From Ferroglobus placidus DSM 10642 (GTDB taxonomy: Archaea > Halobacteriota > Archaeoglobi > Archaeoglobales > Archaeoglobaceae): 32,000 bases of DNA. Shown piece after piece: positions 7,587-15,083 of the stretch. The notes under the pieces are model-generated. The model was given only the letters and a program-made list of their open reading frames with translations. It was not told where the DNA came from and searched no databases. The position numbers were made by a program, and so were the translations under genes. The stretch covers positions 1,620,001 to 1,652,000 of the forward strand of contig NC_013849.1 of assembly GCF_000025505.1 (NCBI RefSeq), in the 5' to 3' direction. Numbering within the stretch: position 1 is the stretch's first letter; each line of letters opens with the position of its first letter.

Positions 7587-8621
7587 ATGATGGAGAGAAT
7601 TAGGAAACAAATTTTGCAGGCTTTGGCTGGAGGGGAAATTTCGGTCTATAAACTAATAGATTTGCAGGACGCGTCTCTTCCGGAATTCTTTCAGCTCTTG
7701 CAGGAAATGGAGGAAGGAGAAATCATTCAGATTTCTGACGGAAAGGTCGGGTTAACTGAGAAAGGAAGGGAGTTGGCTGAAAAGCTCGGGGCTAAGTATT
7801 TCGATGTCTCTTGCGAGCACTGCGAATACACCGGATTGAAGATCCACGACTTCTTCAAAGACGTTCTCGATAAGTATCTGGAGATCGCCAAAGAGCGCCC
7901 TGAAACTGTTGAGGAGTACGACCAAGGCTATATAAGTCCGGAAGGAGTTATAAAGAGGGTCGAATTCGTTTACGAACGAGGAGATCTGCTCAAAAGCAGG
8001 ATATTCGTCGTTGGAGATGACGATCTGTTCAGCATAGCCGCAGCTTTGACCGGAATGCCGGAAAAAATATTCGTCGTTGATATAGATGAGAGACTCATAA
8101 ACTTCATTAACAAGGTTGCTGAGGAGTACTCCCTACCAATCGAAGCTATGGTTTACGACGTGCAGCAAGCTTTTCCCGAAGAGCTGAAGAAAAAGTTTGA
8201 CGTTTTCGTAACCGATCCGGTCGAAACGATTCCGGGACTAAAGCTTTTCCTTTCGAGGGGCGTGTCAACCTTAAAAGGTCCGGGTTGCTCCGGATACTTC
8301 GGCATAACGACTCTCGAAGCTTCGAGAAAGAAGTGGTACGAAATACAGAAAATGATACACGACATGGGATTCGTCATAACAGATATGAGAAGAAAGTTCA
8401 GCGTTTATCCGCAGGATGAGAAGAATTTCTTCAGATTTCAGGAGAAGTTGCCAATAGTCGAAAAGCTTGGAGCCAAGATCGACTACGACTGGTACAAATC
8501 TACTCTTTACAGGATAGAAGCCGTAAAAGACCCCAAGCCGTTAGTCGAGGGAGAAATGATAATAGACGAGGCTGTGTATAGAGACAGCGAGAGCTGGGCA
8601 ACTCCCTACGGAGCGGATTAA
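7587..8621 (+). CDS. bpsA: N4-bis(aminopropyl)spermidine synthase (branched-chain polyamine synthase, DUF43 family)
   Basis: Track frame 7521-8621. Start moved to ATGATG at 7587, 1 nt after the speH stop. Motifs as I recall them for the BpsA family: CEHC, RPETVEEYDQGYISPEG, VVGDDDL, VDIDERL, FVTDPVET, TLKGPGCSGYFGIT, DWYKSTLYRIE. Confidence 0.85.
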   Translation: MMERIRKQILQALAGGEISVYKLIDLQDASLPEFFQLLQEMEEGEIIQISDGKVGLTEKGRELAEKLGAKYFDVSCEHCEYTGLKIHDFFKDVLDKYLEIAKERPETVEEYDQGYISPEGVIKRVEFVYERGDLLKSRIFVVGDDDLFSIAAALTGMPEKIFVVDIDERLINFINKVAEEYSLPIEAMVYDVQQAFPEELKKKFDVFVTDPVETIPGLKLFLSRGVSTLKGPGCSGYFGITTLEASRKKWYEIQKMIHDMGFVITDMRRKFSVYPQDEKNFFRFQEKLPIVEKLGAKIDYDWYKSTLYRIEAVKDPKPLVEGEMIIDEAVYRDSESWATPYGAD

Positions 8622-8705
8622 TTTTTTATTTATTCTCTTTTTCTTATCATATTTTAAAAAAGAATTTTTTATTAGGTTTAGATTTAAAAATGTTCCAACG
8701 AAATT

Positions 8706-8762
8706 GGATAAGTCCAAAAAGTTTAGACGAGTTCAAAAATCTTGGACAAATCCAAAATTTTT
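8706..8762. repeat. three tandem imperfect 19-bp repeats upstream of the membrane operon promoter (putative transcription factor binding array)
   Basis: GGATAAGTCCAAAAAGTTT (8706), AGACGAGTTCAAAAATCTT (8725), GGACAAATCCAAAATTTTT (8744), at an exact 19-bp period. A weaker in-phase copy lies at 8687-8705. TATA-like AATTTATAT at about 8773-8781. Confidence 0.6.
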
Positions 8763-8828
8763 GAAAAAGAAAAATTTATATAGAAGAAGTGAAAAGGTTG
8801 AGCTGCACAACTCTGGAGGAGATGGGAA

Positions 8829-9098
8829 ATGCACGTGGTAAGAGCGGAAAATGAGGGAATAGTTAAGTGGTTGACTGTCGCAATGTGTTTGGCGATGGTA
8901 GGTGTGGCAGTGATGCCAATGGCTGTTGGAGAACTAACGTATTATTACGTCCAAAGCGGTATTTTTCCAAATGATACACTTACATTAACTATATGGAGTA
9001 GTGTAGTAGGAGTTAACGCGGCGTTGATTGGCGCAGCGGTAGCCGGTCCGGCTGGACTAGCGATCGGTATTGCAGTCGGGGTAGCTTTGCCGTGGTAA
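8829..9098 (+). CDS. small secreted/membrane glycine-zipper peptide precursor, unknown function
   Basis: 89 aa. Signal-like helix KWLTVAMCLAMVGVAVMPMAVG, a polar Tyr/Thr segment, and a C-terminal AALIGAAVAGPAGLAIGIAVGVALPW. GGAGGAG Shine-Dalgarno at 8815-8821, 7 nt before the ATG. Confidence 0.6.
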   Translation: MHVVRAENEGIVKWLTVAMCLAMVGVAVMPMAVGELTYYYVQSGIFPNDTLTLTIWSSVVGVNAALIGAAVAGPAGLAIGIAVGVALPW

Positions 9099-9239
9099 CG
9101 ATTTTTTAATTTTTTTGTTGGTAGTTATGAACGTAAAAAACTCAAAACTGCTGATAAAGTATTAATTTTTATTATACTATTTCCTATACTTATATTTGGC
9201 TTTAATCTATTTATCGAATTAAATCAAAAACCAAATTTT

Positions 9240-9479
9240 ATGAATGCAGCTGTATATATAGCAACTCTTCTTTTGATTGTTATCGGAATAGTTTTGATAA
9301 ATCTAACTAAGACCAAAAAATCCAATTTTTCTTTAATATTGGGCAGCATCCTAGTATTTCTGGGAATATTTGGGACTTCGTGTCTAGCCTTGTTCATATT
9401 AAAAGACATATCGTCACTAGTATTTGTTGGCATAGTTCTAATTTCTATAATTTTAATTTATTTGGTATTAAAAAAATGA
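9240..9479 (+). CDS. small membrane protein (3 TM), unknown function; the true 5' end may lie upstream
   Basis: 79 aa, hydrophobic, very AT-rich. The 47 codons upstream (9099-9239) are stop-free in the same frame and encode another TM-like segment, but contain no ATG/GTG/TTG. Confidence 0.5.
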   Translation: MNAAVYIATLLLIVIGIVLINLTKTKKSNFSLILGSILVFLGIFGTSCLALFILKDISSLVFVGIVLISIILIYLVLKK

Positions 9480-10036
9480 CAAGTCAAAACATAATTATAT
9501 GCATTTCAGCTCTTTTGTTTATATTAGGTGTCGTGATTGGAAGCGAAATGCCACATATTGACAATGAGAGTCAAAAATTCATTTTTCAATTCGAAAATAA
9601 ATGCTCAAATAATGTTTTATTTTTCTACTTTCTCACAAATAATCTTAGGCTGGTAGGTTTACTAATCTCCGGATCTGCATTGTTTGGAGCACCATCTTGT
9701 TTAAATCTTATGGCAAATGGAATATTTATAGGTAGTACTATAAAATCCGCAATATTGACTAATAAACTTTTAGAATTTATTCTCTTAACACTCCCCCACG
9801 GTATCTTCGAAATCCCCGCCATAATTATAGCAGGAGCAGCAGGCTTTAAAATCCCTTACGAAATCATCAGGTATTTAGCAGGCAAAAAAGAGCAAATTCT
9901 AACGAAAGAAGACATCAGAGAATACCTGACGCTTGCGCTAATCTCAATAATTCTAATCGTAATTGCAGCGTGGATAGAAGCGAACGTAACCTTAAAAATA
10001 GCTAAAGCCATGTTAAATTCGACAAAAGGTATTTGA
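9476..10036 (+). CDS. SpoIIM/DUF95-family integral membrane protein
   Basis: Track frame 9380-10036. Start moved to ATG 9476, overlapping the upstream stop (ATGA). Family motif LLTLPHGIFEIPAIIIAGAAGFK. About 5 TM helices. Confidence 0.7.
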   Translation: MTSQNIIICISALLFILGVVIGSEMPHIDNESQKFIFQFENKCSNNVLFFYFLTNNLRLVGLLISGSALFGAPSCLNLMANGIFIGSTIKSAILTNKLLEFILLTLPHGIFEIPAIIIAGAAGFKIPYEIIRYLAGKKEQILTKEDIREYLTLALISIILIVIAAWIEANVTLKIAKAMLNSTKGI

Positions 10037-10051
10037 GTCGGGGGGGTACAC

Positions 10052-10258
10052 GTGAAAACACCTACATTCAGCTGGAAAGTACCGATGTTAATTTTATCGC
10101 TCACAACTGCAATTTTGATAAGTATCTCTCTTTATTTGCCAGAACCGATCGTTTACGCTGCATATCCCACCACTGTAGGAATTTTGCTTTTCGTAACCTT
10201 TAGCCTTAAGCGGGGGCAGCGTTATGGTAGCAAGAGATGCAAGAATCGAGAAAATTAG
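10052..10258 (+). CDS. small membrane protein (2 TM), unknown function
   Basis: 68 aa with a GTG start. Two hydrophobic helices and a basic tail. Overlaps the next ORF by 35 nt. Confidence 0.4.
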   Translation: MKTPTFSWKVPMLILSLTTAILISISLYLPEPIVYAAYPTTVGILLFVTFSLKRGQRYGSKRCKNREN

Positions 10259-10685
10259 AGAGTGGAGGATTGTAACGGCTATATTTTTTCCGATTTCTTT
10301 TCTCTTTGTGTTTATTGCTTACTTCATGGCGTACATTTTCAAGGATAAGATCCTCGATCTCACGCCCTATGTTACCACGTACCTCATAGGATTTGTTGCG
10401 GGATGTTTTATGACAGAAAAAATAACGAAGTTCAGCGAATGGTTAACTCACGCGAAAGATCAGCCGAACATGAGAAAATGGTTTTTAACAGGCTGGATAC
10501 TCGCTTACTTCATTGCTATATCCATCTCTTACGTTTACGCCACTTTATACGAAATAAGTTATAAGCTCGACAACTGGCTGATAGGCTGGGGATTGCTGTT
10601 TAGCGCCACAACCTTCATGGGGTTTTTTGGAGGTTCTGGTTTCTACATCTACAAGAAAACTGGAGAAGCTCTTAACGAATTTTGA
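10224..10685 (+). CDS. membrane protein (4 TM), unknown function
   Basis: 153 aa with an ATG start. Four hydrophobic segments separated by short charged loops. Last gene of the same-strand cluster. Confidence 0.6.
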   Translation: MVARDARIEKIREWRIVTAIFFPISFLFVFIAYFMAYIFKDKILDLTPYVTTYLIGFVAGCFMTEKITKFSEWLTHAKDQPNMRKWFLTGWILAYFIAISISYVYATLYEISYKLDNWLIGWGLLFSATTFMGFFGGSGFYIYKKTGEALNEF

Positions 10686-10702
10686 AGCGTTTAAACCTTA
10701 AG

Positions 10703-12043
10703 CTACTTCCTTCTTAGCTTAGAAATGAAGAAGCCGGCAGTGTCGTGCTTGTGAGGGTAAGTTCTCACCACGAGTTCGGCGTAAGGGAATCTCTTCTTTC
10801 CGTATCTGGAAATTCCTTTGTCTCCGAAGCCAATGTAAGCATCTTCAACTTTTAAAAACTTGCTCGCGAATAAGACGTTCTCTTCGTTCTCTTCAAAGGT
10901 TATTGAACACGTTGAATATACGATTTCGTCCCCTATTTTCGAGGCGTTTTTGAGCATCTTCCTCTGCAATTCCACGGTTTTCCAGAAAAGCCTCGGATCG
11001 TACCTCCACTTAACGCTCGGGTAGTTTCTTACAGAGCCGGTTGAGGAGCAAGGAGGATCGAGGAGAACTTTGTCAGCTTCGAGCTCGATTTTCGAAGCAT
11101 CGCCGAGTAAAATTTTCACGTTTTCAACTCCGAGCTTATTCAACCTCGCCCTCATTCTTTCGAGCCTTTCCTTGGAGTTGTCAACCGCTATAATTTTCCC
11201 TTTATTTTCCATCAACGCAGCCATGTGACTCGTTTTTGAACCGGGAGCGGCGCAAAGATCTGCAACGACATCTCCCGGCTCGGGATTCAGCGTTCTTGAG
11301 ACCAAGCAGGATGCAAGATCTTGAATGACGAACAGCTCGTTATGTCCGTCCAAGTAAGCCGGAGGTTTGTCGTAACTTACGACTTTGAAAACCTCCGGAA
11401 GGAATGTCTCCTCCACTATCACATCGTTCTTTTCCAGATACCTCCTTAGATTCTCTTCGCTCGTTTTTAGTGTGTTGACTCTAATGTAAATCGTGTTTTC
11501 CAAATTGGCTATCAAAAGCTCCTCAACTTCTATCCCAAGCTTTTCAGCCATTTTAACGTACCACTCCGGGTGGAAGTACTTCAAAGCCAAGTACTTGGTT
11601 CTGCTGAGCTTCTCCATTTCCTTCTTCAAATCCACCCTCTCAGCCTTCCTCAAAATAGCGTTGACAAATGAGGCTGCTTTTATCCCAAATCTCTTTTTTG
11701 CTATTCTAACGGCACAGTCCGTAGCTAAGGCTGGGGGAACTTTTTTGAAGAAAATCTCGTAAGTTGCTATTCTCAAAAGATTTCTCACGAAAGGCTTCAC
11801 GTCTTCAAGCTTCTTCGGCTTTAAGGCTTTTTCGAGAATGAAGTCTATAACGTTCCTCCTCTTAGATACTTCCATCACGTAAGCGTGAACTGCCCCTCTT
11901 ATCTTGTAATCGACGTTTTTTCCTAAAAAGAACCTTCTAAGCAGTTCTTTTTCCGAAATAACTTCTTTATCAAGCTTCTCAAGTATCTCAGCAGCAATCT
12001 CCTGATTTACTATTACATCACCACCATCTGCGCGTGCCAACAT
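10703..12043 (-). CDS. NOL1/NOP2/Sun-family RNA cytosine-C5 methyltransferase (RsmB/archaeal Trm4-like) with NusB-like N-domain
   Basis: 446 aa. SAM motif DLCAAPGSKTSH, catalytic DPPCSSTG and TCSI. Confidence 0.9.
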   Translation of the reverse strand: MLARADGGDVIVNQEIAAEILEKLDKEVISEKELLRRFFLGKNVDYKIRGAVHAYVMEVSKRRNVIDFILEKALKPKKLEDVKPFVRNLLRIATYEIFFKKVPPALATDCAVRIAKKRFGIKAASFVNAILRKAERVDLKKEMEKLSRTKYLALKYFHPEWYVKMAEKLGIEVEELLIANLENTIYIRVNTLKTSEENLRRYLEKNDVIVEETFLPEVFKVVSYDKPPAYLDGHNELFVIQDLASCLVSRTLNPEPGDVVADLCAAPGSKTSHMAALMENKGKIIAVDNSKERLERMRARLNKLGVENVKILLGDASKIELEADKVLLDPPCSSTGSVRNYPSVKWRYDPRLFWKTVELQRKMLKNASKIGDEIVYSTCSITFEENEENVLFASKFLKVEDAYIGFGDKGISRYGKKRFPYAELVVRTYPHKHDTAGFFISKLRRK

Positions 12044-12309
12044 TCTCCTATCTTCAAAACCCTACTTTCATCTATTATCCCTATGGATATGGCAAGTTTC
12101 ACAGCATTTTTTCCAGTTATGTTTGCTATAGTTGCCTGCCTCAGCGCTCTTTTAACCTCTTCCTCGTCGTAGCTTTCTTTTCCGTAAAACTCTTCTTTTA
12201 CCTCAATTTTTAAATCCTTTTCCCTGAAGGTCTTGCCGACTATGTCTTCATCGCACACAGCAACGAGCACTTCCCCTCTTACTCTGTAAATCTTCATTCT
12301 GAACTTCAT
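12013..12309 (-). CDS. DUF424-family archaeal protein
   Basis: Track ORF 12013-12348. Start moved to ATG 12309, abutting the aIF2-beta stop (12306). MKFRMKIYRVRGEVLVAVCDEDIVGKTF... matches the DUF424 pattern as I recall it. Confidence 0.7.
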   Translation of the reverse strand: MKFRMKIYRVRGEVLVAVCDEDIVGKTFREKDLKIEVKEEFYGKESYDEEEVKRALRQATIANITGKNAVKLAISIGIIDESRVLKIGECWHAQMVVM

Positions 12310-12713
12310 ATGCTTCTGACTGAATGCTTCGCTCCGCAAGCGAGACACTTAACGAAGAGTATTCTCTCCTCCCTAACAAGCTCCGTATCCGGAGCCCCGC
12401 ATTCTCTGCATAGAACGTAGGTTTTGACGTAGTCGTCTATTTCCTTCTGAACCTCCTCTTCGGTAAACTTACCCTGAAGAACGAGCCTTCCACTTTCTAT
12501 AACTCCAGCCGTACCCAATGAGCGGACGAGATACTTAAATATGTGCTCTTCACTCCTGTTGAGTGCTTTAGCGATGCTTGAGAAGTTCTTGATTATCGTT
12601 TTTGCACCTTCCCTCTGCAAGGAAACCTTAGGAATTTCGAACCTCTCCCTCTTTACAACGTTCTCCGGAAGCATCTTCAGTGCCCTTTCAAGAAGTTCCT
12701 CGTAACTCCTCAT
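12306..12713 (-). CDS. eif2b: translation initiation factor aIF-2 beta subunit
   Basis: 135 aa. Central LVLQGKF and a C-terminal zinc ribbon YVLCRECGAPDT...VKCLACGA. Confidence 0.92.
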   Translation of the reverse strand: MRSYEELLERALKMLPENVVKRERFEIPKVSLQREGAKTIIKNFSSIAKALNRSEEHIFKYLVRSLGTAGVIESGRLVLQGKFTEEEVQKEIDDYVKTYVLCRECGAPDTELVREERILFVKCLACGAKHSVRSI

Positions 12714-13101
12714 AATCGAGTCTCTCTATCTTACCGTAATTAAGTTTTACCTCGTTAACGAATTTTTCTGGATAATTCTCAGAGTAAAAGAGGTGGGACT
12801 TGCACTTACAATCCGAGCAACCGAAGTTCTTTATTCCTTCCATAAGGCTTGAAGCAAGCTTCGCAAGCTCGCATTCGTTAACTCCAACTTTGAAAGCGTC
12901 TACAAAGTTCGCTTCTACGCTGAAGTAATCTACGTGCCACCTCATCTTCTTGTCCTTCCTCATGTGCCTTCTGACTCTCTTGTTCAAACCTCTCTTTGCG
13001 CTTCCGACGTAAACGTAGTAACCCTTTTTGAAGTCTATCTCTCCGAGCTTTCCTACTCTAATTTTTTTGTCCTTCTCCAGCTTAAAAATCACGAAGTACA
13101 T
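12688..13101 (-). CDS. GIY-YIG-type nuclease-fold protein (DUF123 family)
   Basis: 137 aa. GYYVYVGSA...RVRRH...WHVDY pattern and a Cys cluster GCSDCKCKSH. Confidence 0.7.
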   Translation of the reverse strand: MYFVIFKLEKDKKIRVGKLGEIDFKKGYYVYVGSAKRGLNKRVRRHMRKDKKMRWHVDYFSVEANFVDAFKVGVNECELAKLASSLMEGIKNFGCSDCKCKSHLFYSENYPEKFVNEVKLNYGKIERLDYEELRGTS

Positions 13102-13140
13102 GAAAACGGTTTTATTCTTCGCAACCTTAATACTTTCTTA

Positions 13141-13587
13141 ATGCACGTACTGGACGCTACGGCAATAATAGCGAGAAAGAAAGTGGAAGATGCGATAACC
13201 ACTCCGGAAGTCGTTGAAGAGATAAAAGATGAGGATTCAAAGCTTTATCTGGACGTAAGCGGAATTAAAGTTGAAGAAGCAAAAGAAGAGTTCGTCGAAA
13301 AAGTTCTGGAAGCTGCGAAAAAAACTGGAGATATCCACAAGCTGAGCAGGGCTGACATAAGCGTTCTCGCAAAAGCGTTGGAATACAACGCTACTATTAT
13401 TACCGACGATTACGCAGTTCAAAACGTTGCAAAGGCTTTGAAGCTGAAATTCGAGCCAGTCATTCATTCGGGTATAAGAAAATCATTTAAGTGGATTAAA
13501 GTTTGTAGAGGATGTGGTAGAAAAATTGAATCTGAAATCTGTCCCGTTTGCGGTAGCGAAGCCAAGTTGAGGAGGGTGAGAAAATGA
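13141..13587 (+). CDS. nob1: Nob1-like PIN-domain endoribonuclease with C-terminal zinc ribbon (16S rRNA 3'-end maturation)
   Basis: Track ORF 12934-13587 trimmed to ATG 13141, because the upstream part is antisense to DUF123. MHVLDATAII (PIN Asp), IITDDYAVQNVA, CRGCG...CPVCGS. Confidence 0.8.
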   Translation: MHVLDATAIIARKKVEDAITTPEVVEEIKDEDSKLYLDVSGIKVEEAKEEFVEKVLEAAKKTGDIHKLSRADISVLAKALEYNATIITDDYAVQNVAKALKLKFEPVIHSGIRKSFKWIKVCRGCGRKIESEICPVCGSEAKLRRVRK

Positions 13588-14165
13588 GCAGGCTCGAGGA
13601 GTTGATAGAAAAGGCGAGAAAGTTAAAGGAAAAAGGTCTCACGACTGGAGAGATAGCTGACGAGCTGAACGTTTCGAGGGAGACGGCTATGTGGCTTTTA
13701 ACGAGAGCTACAGCAAAGCCTTCTGACGTTTACGTTGAGCTGAACACGCTGACGTCTTCGGCTTTCAGATTGAGGAGAATAGCCGAGATATTAGCGGACA
13801 TAATACTTGATGTTGGAGAGCCGGATGTTGTGGTGGGAATAGCTACTTCCGGTATTCCCCTCGCTACGATGGTTGCTCAGGAGATAACGAGCGAGATAGC
13901 TGTGTACTATCCGAAGAAGCTTAGGTGGGAGAAGGAGGAGAAGCACATCTCCGGGACTTTAAGCGAGAATTTCGCAAAGATCGACGGAAAGAGCTGTGCG
14001 ATAGTTGACGACATAATGACGACCGGCTCTACAATTAAAGAAGTTATAGAGTACGTTCAAAACAAAGGAAAGGCTCTTTGTGCCGCTGTAATAGTTAACA
14101 AGACGGGTTTGGATGAGATAAACAACGTGCCGATTTACAGCCTGATAAGGATAGAGAGGCTCTAA
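13584..14165 (+). CDS. PyrE-like phosphoribosyltransferase-domain transcription regulator (GfcR family)
   Basis: 193 aa. N-terminal HTH (LTTGEIADELNVSRETAMWLL) plus the PRTase PRPP loop AIVDDIMTTGSTI. ATGA overlap with nob1. Confidence 0.8.
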   Translation: MSRLEELIEKARKLKEKGLTTGEIADELNVSRETAMWLLTRATAKPSDVYVELNTLTSSAFRLRRIAEILADIILDVGEPDVVVGIATSGIPLATMVAQEITSEIAVYYPKKLRWEKEEKHISGTLSENFAKIDGKSCAIVDDIMTTGSTIKEVIEYVQNKGKALCAAVIVNKTGLDEINNVPIYSLIRIERL

Positions 14166-15083
14166 ATGAAAGTCACGGTAATAATTCCAACGCTGAACGA
14201 AGAGGAGAGCATAGGAGAAATTGTTGAGAAATTCGTAGGAATGGGATACGAGGTTTTCGTAATAGACGGCAACAGCACTGACAGAACGAGAGAAATTGCT
14301 GAAAGGAAGGGGGCTAAAGTAGTTATTCAGAGCGGGAAGGGGAAAGGACAGGCTGTAAAAGAGGCTTTTCAGCTCGTGGACAGTGACGTAGTGGTTCTAA
14401 TCGACGGAGACGGAACTTACCTTCCTGAGGAAGTTGAAAAACTGTTGGAGCCGATAAGGAGGGATGTAGCAGATCACGTGGCTGGAAACAGGCTTGAAAA
14501 TTTTGAGAAAGGGGCTTTCACGAGGTTGAATTTGCTCGGAAACAAAATTTTGAATCTCTTCTTCAGGCTTTTTTACGGAGTCGAACTTTACGACATCCTC
14601 ACCGGCTATCGAGCGATGAAGAGAGAAGTTTACAAATCCTTCGAACTCGAAAAGACTGGATTTGAAATCGAAGCGGAAATGACAGTAGAGACGATAGCCA
14701 ACGGCTTTAGGATCATGGAAGTTCCGATAACCTACAAGAAAAGAAAAGGAAGAACGAAACTAAGACCGATAAAAGACGGAATCAGAATCGCTTTAACTCT
14801 TTATTCCTTGCTAAAAAAGTACAGTCCGGGGAGGTACTTCTACTTCATCGGGAGTCTTTTGCTTTTCTTCGGACTTCTCTCCGGAGCTATAACGGTTTAC
14901 GACTGGTTCAGAAACATCACTCATTACCTGCTGGCTGTTTTAACAGCTCTTCTGATAATTTCTGGCTTGCAGATAATCCTGATCGGAGTAATAAGTGACG
15001 TTCTCGTGAGAAACTATGCAACACTCAAAAGAGAAATAGAGGATCTGAGGAGGGAATTTCGTGAAAGTAAGAGAAATAGTTGA
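14166..15083 (+). CDS. family-2 glycosyltransferase (dolichyl-phosphate sugar synthase-like) with C-terminal TM helices
   Basis: 305 aa. VIIPTLNEEESI, DGNSTDRT, a DGD (DxD) motif, and two C-terminal TM helices. Confidence 0.85.
   Translation: MKVTVIIPTLNEEESIGEIVEKFVGMGYEVFVIDGNSTDRTREIAERKGAKVVIQSGKGKGQAVKEAFQLVDSDVVVLIDGDGTYLPEEVEKLLEPIRRDVADHVAGNRLENFEKGAFTRLNLLGNKILNLFFRLFYGVELYDILTGYRAMKREVYKSFELEKTGFEIEAEMTVETIANGFRIMEVPITYKKRKGRTKLRPIKDGIRIALTLYSLLKKYSPGRYFYFIGSLLLFFGLLSGAITVYDWFRNITHYLLAVLTALLIISGLQIILIGVISDVLVRNYATLKREIEDLRREFRESKRNS

Noticed and set aside
10200-10260. The 35-nt overlap of ORFs 10052-10258 and 10224-10685, with a G5 run (10212-10216), read as a frameshift that splits one 6-TM gene
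   Set aside because: This is possible, but the second ORF has a good ATG and overlaps of this size are common in this window. Without homologues I cannot separate a split gene from two coupled genes.
12934-13140. N-terminal 69-aa extension of the Nob1 ORF. Similar track extensions occur at 1500-1559, 7521-7586, 9380-9475, 12310-12348, 23472-23498 and 23786-23833.
   Set aside because: The extensions overlap neighbouring genes, often antisense, and lack family sequence. Each is followed by an ATG that abuts or minimally overlaps the upstream stop, so I preferred the shorter models.
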